In this document: positions 50,290-61,869 of the stretch, in pieces
Position numbering within the stretch: the stretch's first letter is position 1
How the letters are laid out: every line of letters begins with the position of its first letter
DNA from: Monocercomonoides exilis PA203
Taxonomy: Eukaryota > Protista > Preaxostyla
Length of the DNA stretch: 64,000 bases
Direction: 5' to 3'
NCBI GenBank assembly: GCA_001643675.2
Contig: LSRY02000042.1
Coordinates: forward strand, 248,001 to 312,000
Position numbers and translations under genes: made by a program
Notes under the pieces: generated by a model
What the model saw: only the letters and a program-made list of their open reading frames with translations
Databases searched by the model: none
Told to the model about the DNA's origin: nothing

Positions 50290-51450
50290 AATTCGTATTG
50301 AATACAGAAAGCATTGCTGCACCAAGCAGAAACCGCTGGACGAGCACGCGCTTCTCCTCTACGAGCGAGAATCTGGTGTTGGCGTTGTGTTCTTGTCACA
50401 ACCTGAAAGTATTGAGCAGTGTTCTTTGTCTGCCGCTCCCAGTCTTGGATTCTTTTTGCTTGATTTCTTCCATTAGGCATTTAATGCTTCTTATTTTGAA
50501 ACGGCTTTTGAACCGTTAAGCAATATTGTTTCAACATTCCAATCGAGAACGCCACTGTCTTCTTCGTCCCATGCTTCTTCGCTCCATTCAACAGCTCCGG
50601 CGCCATCCACCTCAGACGCTCTTTCTTGAAATCCGAATCATCCTCAAATGCTGATGAGGGCAGAGAATCTCTATCATCATCCTCACTTGCAGATGTGACA
50701 ACAGTTGACGAAGAGATGGAGGATGAATCAGAATCTGAAGAAGAGCAGTCGGAGTGGAGGGCAATGCAGATGACCGTGTGTTCCGAAAACAGCACAATGT
50801 GTGGACTCAGATTGGAAAGATAAGAAAGTGGATTTTCCATTTCATCAAAAGAGTGGATAGCAAGATTCGCAACCCAGAACAGGATTTGAGCAGCTGTTTG
50901 TTCTCTTTGCTGAAGACTTCCAATTGCCATCTCTTTCTTCTCGTTCCTTCCGTGAAGCAGCATGAACAATGAATCCCTCAGATCCACAATCAGTTTCTCA
51001 CGCGGTGAGGAACATGCCATTGCATCCACCAGATTCGACATCGATGAAGTTGTTGGACACAGACTCTCTGATCGAACAAAAGTGGATTCTGTGTCTGAAG
51101 TGTCTGTGGTTGAAGTGGATGAAATTGATGGTGATGGTGATCTCTTTCTTATCTCTTCTTCCTCAACTTTCTCCAATGCCCATTCAGGAATCTTGTCTGA
51201 ATCTCTTCCCAAAATGTATTCAGTCGATCCACTCTCAGAGAGAAGATGCTCCGATGACTCCGAATGTCCCAGGCTTTTCGCATACACCCTCTTTTTGATC
51301 CTTTCTTCATTCTTCTTCTCTACTTCCCTCTCAGCTCTCCTCCACTGCCCTCATGCGAAATCTTTTTTGTAACCATCTCAAATGTCTTTGGATTTTTTCT
51401 CATTATATCATTCTCAATAACTTCACATCTCTTCGTTTCTTCTGAAATAT
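50290..51450 (-). pseudogene. Isolated cytoplasmic (juxtamembrane + pseudokinase) module of the giant receptor family
   Basis: HSESSEHLLSESGSTEYILGRDSDKIP...DEMENPL differs from the 7778-16345 protein at 11 of 147 residues; RWMAPE present; no ectodomain upstream. Confidence 0.9.
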
Positions 51451-52175
51451 TTTCTCTAATCAAACAGTTGAAATAAATAAGAAAATTTGCAGTAAAAACA
51501 TTAATAATTAATGCAACTTTCAAACACAAGAAATCCTTATTTTTCTTTGAAAATATGAATCATTGTACCATCATCAATTTTAAATTGCCTTTATTTCATA
51601 AAATCAACATAAGTCTATACCAAAACAATACAATGATATTTCAAAAACACTAATATATTGAACAAACTTTCAAAAACCTTTTTTTTTCAGATTTGTATTA
51701 AGTCAAGCTCATTCGGCCACCATTTGTGAAATATGCGAATGAGGAAAATTATCAAACAATAAGAAATGATAATTCATTTTAAAAAATACGAAACTTAAAT
51801 AATTGTTTAAAAAAAGAATATCTTTAAAGAGACCTAAATGAAACTTGCGAGAATTAAAAAACATGCAATCCGCCTCAAATAAATGTTACAACTATATATG
51901 AAATTCGAAGTTTACAGCATTTTATATATCATGATTCGACTGATAAACAATTAACAATTTTGATCACACCCATACCAATGAAAAATTTATTGCATAATTA
52001 TGGAAAACAAGATCTTTGAAAAAACAATCACAATTCATTATGAAAATATTTTTTGTTATTATGTTATTCGTTTTTATTTAATCGAATTGAGCATCGCAAG
52101 CATTCATTCACATAAAAAAAAAAAAAAAAAAAAAAAGTCTTCGACACAAGATATTATTTTCGACCGACACAAAAA

Positions 52176-52674
52176 GGCTTATGATAACTTGACGTAGTCA
52201 CTGAGAATATGTTTTTAATCTATATTTTTATTTATGTTGTGTATTAAATGATAAATAAAAAACAAACGGTTTCGAAAAATTTAGAAAATTTCAAATATTT
52301 TCCAACTAATTTTTAATAAAAAACACCCTAAATATTTTTTATTTTGATAAATAAAAATTTGAAAAATTCATTATTTCGAAGTCTTCAAAGTTAAATCTTG
52401 TTTTTAATATTTATTTTATAAATATATATTTCATTTAATCTAATGCGTTTTTAAATACATAACCTAAATGCGAAATATCTGTTTTTTCACTTTTTCAAAA
52501 ATTAATCGCTCCCACAATATTTTACTATAAAATGGGTTTTATTCAAAAAAATTTTCAGATTTAAAACCGAAAATTCGATGCTGAACGTGTTTTATTAATT
52601 CTATAAAATCACGTTTTATTAATGTTTAAAAATTTTGTGAACATTTCAACGACTACGTAAAGTTATCATATGCC
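52176..52674. mobile_element. 499-bp MITE, Merlin-like, inserted in the hAT right subterminal region
   Basis: TIRs GGCTTATGATAACTTGACGTAGTC (52176-52199) and GACTACGTAAAGTTATCATATGCC (52651-52674), 22/24. Perfect 8-bp TSD CACAAAAA (52168-52175, 52675-52682). Confidence 0.9.
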
Positions 52675-53281
52675 CACAAAAATCACAGATTTTATATGTC
52701 GCAAAGGTTTTCAGGAAAACAATATAATAAAATATAAAAAGTGGGAAAAATCAACTTATTATTAAAAAAAAAAGTCCGGGTTTTCAAAAAAGTTCGTGTT
52801 AATAAATCACCCTAATTTGTATGAATCACTGTTTTAGAAAGGATACAGACGGAAGTATCTTCACAATATATAGAACAATACAAAATACACATATGCAGAT
52901 GCTTTTATTAGAAAACAAAATTGTTGTATTTCTTCTGCCTTCCAATTAGCAAAAATCATCAGGCAGTATTTCAAAATCAAATTATCACAATCATACCAGC
53001 TGTCGTCACAGGAAATAATATTTCTAGTTCTTCAAATAATGTTCACTTGCAGATTTCTCGATCTGTGGATAAATATTCCATTTCAAAGATAAAATTATGA
53101 TCATTGAATCCATTACAAAAAACGAGAAATTGAAAAAGCATTGTTTATCTTCATAATCCTTTGCCAGAATGTCAATGCAAGAAAAAACAGTATAAACACA
53201 TATTTTTCTCTGGTCTTTTTGAGTTTTTTGTTTTTCATAAACTTCTTTTATCCACACACACTTTCAATATGAATGATTTTA

Positions 53282-54701
53282 ATGATGTTGTTTTCTGAAT
53301 GCAATAAATTTTCAAAAATGCAGGAGACATGCAACACAAAAAAGTTCAATGGTGTGCAATTGCAATTGCATGTGAATTCTTATTGATTGAATTTATTTCT
53401 TTGTTTTTTGAAGAATTGTTTTCCAAGTTGAGCAACAGCTCAGCTGATGAACAACGAGAGAAAATTGAAGAAATGAACGAACTAATGGAAGAGATGGGTG
53501 AAGAAGAATTCAAGTCTGTTTTCACAAAAGAGTGGTTCAATGAAATAGACAAAATGATTGAAGAAAAGACATTATCATGGGAAAATGCAATTTTGTTGTT
53601 GAAGCATGTTGGATATTGCCAAACGCTGAAATGCTTTTATGATTTTGCATTTAAATATTCTTTTTTGAGCGATCGATTTCAGGAAATGATCATTGAAGAA
53701 AAGATGATGATAGAAGAAAAGGATGAAAAGCTTCTGGTTGATCTCTGCGAATGCTATTTGTTGTTGAACAGATGGCCTTCATCTGAAATGTCTTCAATAA
53801 TTGCACCTTGCATTCTGAAAGTTGCCTTGAAGAAAGAAGAAAATGAGGAGACACAGAAAGAAGTGGAAATGGCTTTATTGGCTTTGAGCAACATTCCAAC
53901 ATTTGATGTTTGAGCACTTCTTTTTTATTTTTGATTTGTTAATTTTATTTATTTATTTTTTATTAGAAACTGGACAAAGAACTTTACCTCAATGAAATCA
54001 AAGAGATTATCAAATATCAACAGGAACATCACAATCTGACAAGAATTGCCTATCAATCAGCTTGGGAGTTTTTGATAAAAAGATTTTATTGGGACAAAAG
54101 CTTGGAAGAAGTGATTGTGAATGAGGTGCATTTCGAAAGAGAAGCAATAAGAGAACTGGAAGAGCTGGCAAAGTGGATGAATTGGAAGAAGAAAGAAGAG
54201 GAAATGAGCAAAAAAGAAGCGAAAGAAGTGCTGATAATCGGGAGATGGCTTCATGCATTGGGGATTTTCTTTCGCCTTTTCCGATTATGGAAAGAAGAAT
54301 TTGCTGAGCTTATAGGCAGCGTCGCTCATGTGTGTCGAGCAGCAAGAGAAAATAACAAAGAAATTAGCAATTGGTGCATTTGTTCATTCAGAGATGCAAC
54401 AGAAAATGGAAATGTGAGAGTTGAAGACTTGCTGAAAGGAAGAGCAATTGATGTCGTTTTGGAGGAGATTCATCGCCAAACATTGAATGAAGGCAGGACA
54501 AATGAATGCTTTCAATTCTTTATGAATGTTTCAAGGAAATTGAAACAAAAGAATAAAGATGAAAGGGAAGAAGAGGAAAGAAAGTCAATGAAAAAGAAGG
54601 TTTTTGAAAAGATGGAAGAAGAAGGATACGAAGATATCTTCATTAGCTTTCAAAAAACGAATATGTTCTATTTTGATGATGCAGTATTTATTTATCTTTG
54701 A
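53282..54701 (+). CDS. Alpha-helical family copy 5 (apparently intact); exons 53282-53351, 53414-53907, 53967-54701
   Basis: Family motifs; GT..AG introns at the shared positions join in frame. Confidence 0.8.
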
Positions 54702-55271
54702 ATATTTCACACCTTTTCAAGGATTGATGAAACGAAAAGCTTTGCATTTTAAAACACAAAATTTTTATTTTTCTTTTTTCAACATTTCATCAAAATAGAA
54801 AGCAACTGAATATTATTTTCAACGTACACACACATTATTGTTTGTTCGTTTCTCGTTATTTAATTGACAAATATCTCAAAAAGAGAAAAAATTAACAATA
54901 AAATTGGAAGTTCATCAATCCATTTTTAAAAGATAAACTTGAAGGTTATTTTTTTTCACGATTTATTGTGTTTTCAGGATGAAAATGAAAATCTGTCTTT
55001 TCATCTCGAAAAAAATGTTTCTGATATAAAGAATAACGAATTAACAAAAAATCCTAAATCATATTGCACTAATATTTGATCCCTTCGACATATTTTTCAA
55101 ACAAAACCCAATTCTTTTGAAAATTATTAACGGTTGTATCATTTCCTTTTGCAGAATTCTCTGTTAAAAAAATCCTCAAAAAGTTCTTCAAAGGATAGCA
55201 TTCCCTTTTGCGAAATGATGAAAAAATATAAAAATACATTTGAGTTGCAAAATAAATAACAAATCATTTTC

Positions 55272-56731
55272 TCAAACATAAATAAAATAATCAAAAATAT
55301 TCAACGATAGTTGATAATAAAATTGTGTGCTAAAAAAGTTAAATAATTCGTGAAAGCTTGTGATGGTGTCTTCGTATCCTTCTTCTTCCAGCTTTTCAAA
55401 AACCTTCCTTTTTGCTGCCTTTCTTTTAACTTCTTCCATTTCATCTTTCTTCTTTTCTTTCGCTCTCCTTGAAATACTAAAAAAGAAGTCCAAGCTATGA
55501 TATTCAATATTTTTATTCAATGTTTGGCGATGAATCTCCTCCAAAACGACATCAATTGCTCTTCCTTTCAACAAGGAATCAACTCTCACATTTCCATTTT
55601 CTGTTGCATCTCTGAATGAACAAATGCACCAATTGCTAATTTCTTTGTTATTTTCTCTTGCTGCTCGACACACATGAGCGACGCTGCCTATAAGCTCAGC
55701 AAATTCTTCTTTCCATAATCGGAAAAGGCGAAAGAAAATCCCCAATGCATGAAGCCATCTCTTTATTATATTCACTTCATTCGCTTCTTCTTTGCTCATT
55801 TCCTCTTCTTTCTTCTTCCAATTCATCCACTTTGCCAGCTCTTCCAGTTCTCTTATTGCCTCTCTTTCGAAATGCACCTCATTCACAATAACATGTTCAA
55901 GACTATGATCGAAGTGTGACCTGTTTAAAAAAAACTCCCAAGCTGATTGATAGGCAAGTTGTGTCAGATTGTGATGCTTTTGATGATATTGAATGACCTC
56001 TTTGATTTCATTGATGAAAAGTTCTTTTAGCACATTCTAATCAGAATTAAAAAAATAACAAATAACATCAAAAAGGAAATAGCAATGCCCATACGATACT
56101 CCGAAAATTGCTCAAAGCCAATAAAGCCATTTCCACTTCTTTCTGTGTCTCCTCATTTTCTTCTTTCTTCAAGGCAACTTTCAGAATGCAAGGTGCAATT
56201 ATTGAAGACATTTCAGATGAAGGCCATCTGTTCAACAACAAATAGCATTCGCAGAGATCAACCAGAAGCTTTTCATCCTTTTCTTCTATCATCATCTTTT
56301 CTTCAATGATCATTTCCTGAAATCGATCGCTCAAAAAAGAATATTTAAATGCAAAATCATAAAAGCATTTCAGCGTTTGGCAATATCCAACATGCTTCAA
56401 CAACAAAATTGCATTTTCCCATGATAATATCTTATCTTCAATCATTTGATTTATTCTTTTGAACCACTCTTTTGTGAAAACAGATTTGAATTCTTCTTTA
56501 CCCATCTCCTCCATTAGTTCGTTCATTTCTTCAATTTTCTGTCTTTGCTCATCTGTTGAGCAATGCTCAAGCTCATAAAGCAATTCTTCAAAAGGCATTC
56601 AAAAAATTCAAAAATTTGTTCAAAATTGTTCAATCCAAATAAATGATTATACTAGCAAACTTTTCATTCAAAGGCATCTCTTTGTTTCTTCGATCAATCT
56701 CATCGTCGTAAGATGTTTTCATTCGTTTCAT
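55272..56731 (-). CDS. Alpha-helical family copy 6 (apparently intact); exons 56731-56653, 56585-56095, 56036-55272
   Basis: Family motifs; GT..AG introns at the shared positions join in frame. Confidence 0.8.
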
Positions 56732-57539
56732 ATATTAATATTCTCTTTTTGTTCAAAATTTGTTTTTATCTCAAAAAATAAAAATGATATGCAAGAATCG
56801 ATGATGATCGAGCAAAACAAAAAGTCTTCATACAAACGATTTAATTTTTGCTTAATAAAAAGAAATGAAAAAGATATTGCGAAGAAGCCTCAAGGATTAG
56901 CTTGTGAAAGCAAAAAAAGAATAGCCTTTGTTTTTTGATCATAACCAACATATTATTTGAAAGATATTGTTTTTCTTTCTTTTTTTTTTTTCTTTTTTTT
57001 AAGGCTGTTGAAAGAGCCAGGAATTAGTTATCTTTGAAGAAGAAAAAGAAAAGTGGGAAAGGAAAAATTAAGACCGACAGATGAAATTCAAAATATTTAA
57101 AATAAAACTGACATTGGTCCATGATATTGAACAATTATGAGGAAAGAAGATTTTTGTGAAAAAAGGAAATTGAAGGCTAGAAATGTGGAAGAGAGAAAAG
57201 AAAAGATGAATTGACGCATGTTCTCTTATTTTTTGTTGGAAAGATGAAGAGGATTGAGTTGAAAGAGAAAGGGGTTTTGAGGTTATTGCCCAGTGGAAAA
57301 AGGCACAAAATGAAAATGCAAAAGCCTGAAAGAGAGGTTTTCAACAAAACTATCTGTTTTTAATAATCATTTTTCATTTTTGTCAATTTCTGCCTTCAAT
57401 CATCTCATTCAATTCAAATATCATTAATACCATCATCATCTGTTTCTTCTTCAATTCTTTCTCTTCCATTTCTTTCATTTATCCATTTTCAGCTTCTTCA
57501 ACAAAGTCTGCGCTCCGGACAGCTCCATTTTCCCTATCT

Positions 57540-58499
57540 TTGAGAAAGTTAGAAAAGAAAACATCAAGGGATGTGTTGTATTCATTGTCAACATCACATG
57601 TGATCGAACCTTCGGATGCGTCAGTGGCAGAGGCGTCATACACTTCTTCATCAATGATGGGCGGAACCGAGAGGTGGATGCGGATTGTGGTGCTTGAGGC
57701 GGCTGGTGAGTATGCATGGCACATGCTGCTGTCTCTGCAGCTGCTGCGGGGATATGATGTGGCGCTTTCAGCGATGCTTTCGGTTTCGCTGGTGGAGCCG
57801 CTTCATTCACTTGTAGCGTCGGTGTGCACGAAGTCGTGGAGAAAGCGAACCTTTGCGGAAGCAGATGTGACTGCGTTCCAACCGATCTTAGATCTGTTTG
57901 ACCCGTCGCTGCAGATTTGGCGATCGCTGCAGTCGAGACGTGAAGTGGTGAAGTTGGAAGAGAAAGTGATGGAGTGAGGGGTTGCAGTGTGCGAAGTGGG
58001 AGAGATTGTGGAGAAAGGGTTGTCGGCAGCGGGGCTGAGGATGGAGGATGTGGTTCTGTCACCAGCAGCGATTGCGCTGGCGGTGCTGGAGGAGCGGGAA
58101 GAAGCAGAGGAAGGAGAAAAGGGAGGCAAAAAGGGAGAAGAAAAGGGAGAAGATGGAAGGAGAGAGGGAGATGATGGGAATGAGGAGAAAGGCGGGTATC
58201 CGACAGATCACAGAGAGTTTGTGGAGAAAATCAAAGAGAACCAGGGGAAGCTGGAAGAAGCGATGGCGCCGCTGGTTGTGGAGGCACTTGGGCTGAGTCT
58301 GCTGAGGTTTGTGAAGGCAGAGACTGAGGTAGACAAGCATCATTCAGTTGAACCTGAAGCGTGTAGTTCTTCTCCATCTGATGGCATCCAAGAGGAGATA
58401 TCAAGAGCAGATGAAGAAGCAGCAGATGTGTCTTTGGGCATGACTTCAGATGGAAGTGCAGAAGGAGTGTGGAAAGATATGGAAAATGTGCAAATTTAA
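57540..58499 (+). pseudogene. Unknown GC-richer gene fragment with in-frame TGA at 57975; paralog at 20434-21600
   Basis: ORFs 57540-57977 and 57987-58499 share a frame; the paralog has AGA at the TGA position. Confidence 0.55.
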
Positions 58500-59125
58500 A
58501 TGAATGGTTTGAAAACGAATGAGAAGAAAGGGAGAAATGGCAGCTCGATTGATTTGGAGCAAGATGAAGAGGAGAAAGAAGAAGGTGAGAAAAAAACATG
58601 GTAAGATTCAATTTGTTGAAAAAATTGGCATCCCAACAGATATTTTATTTAAAAGACCGAAAAAAAAAAAAGATATCTGAGAGTATAATATATATTGCAG
58701 CCTCGAATGCTCGAGAAACAAAGTTATATCAAGAAAAGAAAAGATTGAATTGTTGAAGTCTCAACAATAAACGCACAAATGGGACATTTTCAAAATTAAA
58801 AAAAATTAAAAAACAGCGAAGTGAGAAATATCAGCATTTTGCTCTGAACAAATCAACTCAACAAATAATCTGATAAAGCTAATAAATGGAAAGTCATAAT
58901 TATAAATCAAAGAATAATACATTAAGTTACATATTTTTTTGTTAAATACCGTGATTATCATAAATGAAGATGAATATTTGTTTTAAAGGCACAATTAATT
59001 TTTTTTTAAGAAATAAAGATTTGGCAAGTGTTTTTCTTTCTGGACGAATGGCATCAAATTCTAATAATTGCCTGCGGTTGCAGATATCAAATCTTTTTCG
59101 AAATGAGCCAATGTCTTTCGAATCA

Positions 59126-61120
59126 TCACTGCATAACTCCATCGTTAAAATTTTGAAGTGGATATTCGTTTTCATTACTTGAGCCATCTGATCCTATCAT
59201 CTGAGATAAATCAGGTGAAAGTGCGTTTGGAGTTGCAGTCTCACTTGGAGTTGAATCCAGCCCATCCTCATCGGTCAATGTTTCTGTTGAAAGATCCACA
59301 GCATCATTAGATGCCCAATTTGAATACTCGCACAGTACACTTACCATTTTGACAACAAATACAATAAAAAATAAAACGAAACAGCAAACTGCAGTTGCAA
59401 TAAAAACATCTGTGTTCCCATCTGATGCAAGTTCATCTGCAATTCCATCACATTCTCCTGTCATCCAAGTACCATCTTTGTCGTTTTCACCAATGCTAAC
59501 CTTTGGTTCCAAACTATTTGATTCGCATGCAAAAAACATTTCCCTGCAGCGTATCGAATTCTCCCAGAGCGATACAGCAGCCACATCTTGCCCATGTTCA
59601 TTGGCAGTGTTCAAGTAAAATCTGCATCGCTCGAATTTAACAAAAGAATTCATTGCCGGTTTTCCACACAAAAACACAGCACCTCCCCTACCATTTGATG
59701 TAAAGCATTGAAGAAACTCGCAAGATCTAATTGCAATTGTATCTTCTAATGACACAAAGCACAATGCCCCCCCACCGTGCAAATAGCCAATAGAAGCAAA
59801 AGATGTGATAATGCGAGGGTCGTTCGTTTCTGATGCTTCCAAATAAGGACCAGAGCAACAGTTAAAGAATTTACAAGTTTCAATAAATGATATATCCTTT
59901 GATGAGAAAATTACACACCCACCGCCATTTCCATTTTCTGCAATACACTTGTCAAACGACGAGTCTTCCAGCTCAAAGCAACATTTTGCACATATTGCGC
60001 CTCCATCATTTGAAGCTTCACAGTACAAGAACCTTGAACCATTCACCAAAAGATTTATATTTTTTGAAATTGATGAAACACAAATAGCCCCGCCACATCC
60101 GTCAAATGAATACTTGTCGTTTTCTTCATCAACAAAATCATTATCACCAGCAAAGTCTGGTGAATAAGATTCTGACTTACAGCAGCATTCTTCAAAATAG
60201 CATTCAATAATACTCAAAACTCCTCCATCTCCCTCAACCGTTAAAGCACCTCCTTCGCCTTTGTGAGAAATATCGGTAAAAGAATCAAGGATTAATGTGG
60301 AATTAACACTAAACGTCTTATGACTTTTATATGTCCATCTGCAGTGCATAAAAGAAGAATTAAATGAAGAATATGATTCACCAAATAACCCATTAACAAG
60401 TCCTCCATAAAATACGTTGTCAACACTTTGGAATGTATTTGAATTCAAACAACAAGCAACAGATTGGATGACTGTTTTCGGATCCTTTGAGTCAAGTTCT
60501 GAAGTTTGAATTGATTTTGTAAAATTGAAGAAGTGGCAATTATAAATAGAAATTTTTTGTGAATATTCATTTTCGAACAAAGGATGCTGCCCACAGATAA
60601 TTAAACTCGATAAAGCAGTCTCTTTGATTGAGGTTATGCCACCTCTTGCTCCTGTTTGAATTAAAGTACTTGCAGTTGGCAAACAACGTGAAAAAACTAA
60701 TGAAATGTTATTGATCTCAATAATTGTCCCATTTGAAGTGATTAAATTCTTCATTTCACAATCCGATTTAAAAATGCAATTGTTAATTTTTGCAGTTCCA
60801 TCGCAACTTATTTCCACTAATGCATTTTTTCCAAAATGATAGAAATTCATGAAAGAAAGAGTTAAAGTTGAATTCCATTCTCTAAATAAAGGCCTATTAT
60901 AATTTATTGAACTCTGAGTTAACGTGGTAAGCGGCGATTTTATTTCTGATGTTTTCGAAAATACAAATAAGCACGAACAATCACTATTTAGTGATTGACG
61001 TTCTGAATTTGCTTTTATAGTCTTATTTCTCTTCACTTGTTGTGGAAATTCATTAAGAGAATTAAACTCACCTGCTGCATTGCAAATTAAATTAGACACA
61101 AAAGAGAATATGATAAACAT
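59126..61120 (-). CDS. Pmp-like (GGA[I/L/V] repeat) single-pass surface protein, 664 aa, short acidic tail
   Basis: Signal-like N-terminus; GGAL, GGAIC (x2), GGGC, GGALC and GGAVF repeats with F..C spacing; TM VFIATAVCCFVLFFIVFVV. Confidence 0.8.
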   Translation of the reverse strand: MFIIFSFVSNLICNAAGEFNSLNEFPQQVKRNKTIKANSERQSLNSDCSCLFVFSKTSEIKSPLTTLTQSSINYNRPLFREWNSTLTLSFMNFYHFGKNALVEISCDGTAKINNCIFKSDCEMKNLITSNGTIIEINNISLVFSRCLPTASTLIQTGARGGITSIKETALSSLIICGQHPLFENEYSQKISIYNCHFFNFTKSIQTSELDSKDPKTVIQSVACCLNSNTFQSVDNVFYGGLVNGLFGESYSSFNSSFMHCRWTYKSHKTFSVNSTLILDSFTDISHKGEGGALTVEGDGGVLSIIECYFEECCCKSESYSPDFAGDNDFVDEENDKYSFDGCGGAICVSSISKNINLLVNGSRFLYCEASNDGGAICAKCCFELEDSSFDKCIAENGNGGGCVIFSSKDISFIETCKFFNCCSGPYLEASETNDPRIITSFASIGYLHGGGALCFVSLEDTIAIRSCEFLQCFTSNGRGGAVFLCGKPAMNSFVKFERCRFYLNTANEHGQDVAAVSLWENSIRCREMFFACESNSLEPKVSIGENDKDGTWMTGECDGIADELASDGNTDVFIATAVCCFVLFFIVFVVKMVSVLCEYSNWASNDAVDLSTETLTDEDGLDSTPSETATPNALSPDLSQMIGSDGSSNENEYPLQNFNDGVMQ

Positions 61121-61869
61121 AAAATTTCTTCACTAGATTATGGTTATATTCGCTATATTGACAATTATTTCTTAAAAAAAGAACTGTTTTCAACAACTGA
61201 AATATATTTCCAGCTTGTTATTATTCTGACATTTTTTGAAGCTTGAAAAACTTTTTGAAAGGTTTTTTCTTTCTTTTTAATTTCTGATTATGAAAATCAT
61301 ATTTTCTGAAAAACTATTATTTGTTTTCATGTAATAAACAGTAATGGTAGTGAATGTTTTGTAAGCTGTTAGGATTTGGAAATTATCACTCAATTTTCTT
61401 TTCACTTTTTTCACACTTTTCTTTTCACTCGAAAAATTTTTATAATTTCTTGGTTATTAAAAGTTGATCAAGGAAAATAAGTTGAAAAAATCAATCTGGA
61501 ATTTTGGATCCCATGTTGATAATATTGACAATTGGTTTAGAAACAGCTTATCATTTTCAATTTTGCGAACATTCAAGAAAATTGATATGAAGATGATTTT
61601 TGAAAGGAAAATTGAATGCAAATTAGTTCTTCCTTAACATTTTCTGATTATTCCTTTATACACAGCACACATGGAAAAAAAAAGTCATCAGTTAGTATTT
61701 AATTTAGAGACAAAAAAAGGAAACTCATCTTGAAATAATAATTTTCTTCTCCATGCAACCCTGAAATCAAAATTAATTTTTCATTCGTGTTTTAAAATTT
61801 TATTTTCTTTCTTTTTCTTTCTTTTTTTCCATTTTTGTTTGTTTTCCTCTCAAAAAAAAAAAAAAAAAT

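Larger units (their letters stand above)
46564..52711 (+). mobile_element. hAT transposon (~6.1 kb) with TIRs, transposase, kinase-tail cargo and nested MITE
   Basis: AAACCTTTGCGACATA (46565-46580) is inverted at 52695-52710. Flanks CTGAAAAC / CAGGAAAAC form a degenerate TSD. Subterminal CGAC motifs, including TCTTCGACACAA.ATATT at ~52138 inverted at ~46815-46832. Confidence 0.8.
39302..52812 (-). mobile_element. Outer TIR element, probably the pogo/Tc1-mariner element encoding the DDE_1 transposase, expanded by nested insertions
   Basis: GGGTGATTTATAAACCAGAACTTTTTT (39302-39328) vs the reverse complement of 52786-52812, GGGTGATTTATTAACACGAACTTTTTT (24/27). TA follows the right end; the left flank is TT. 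Confidence 0.55.

Noticed and set aside
24661-57977. In-frame TGA (24661, 57975) as selenocysteine or Trp recoding
   Set aside because: The positions correspond to Arg or charged-linker residues in paralogs, not Cys/Trp; ordinary nonsense changes or errors.
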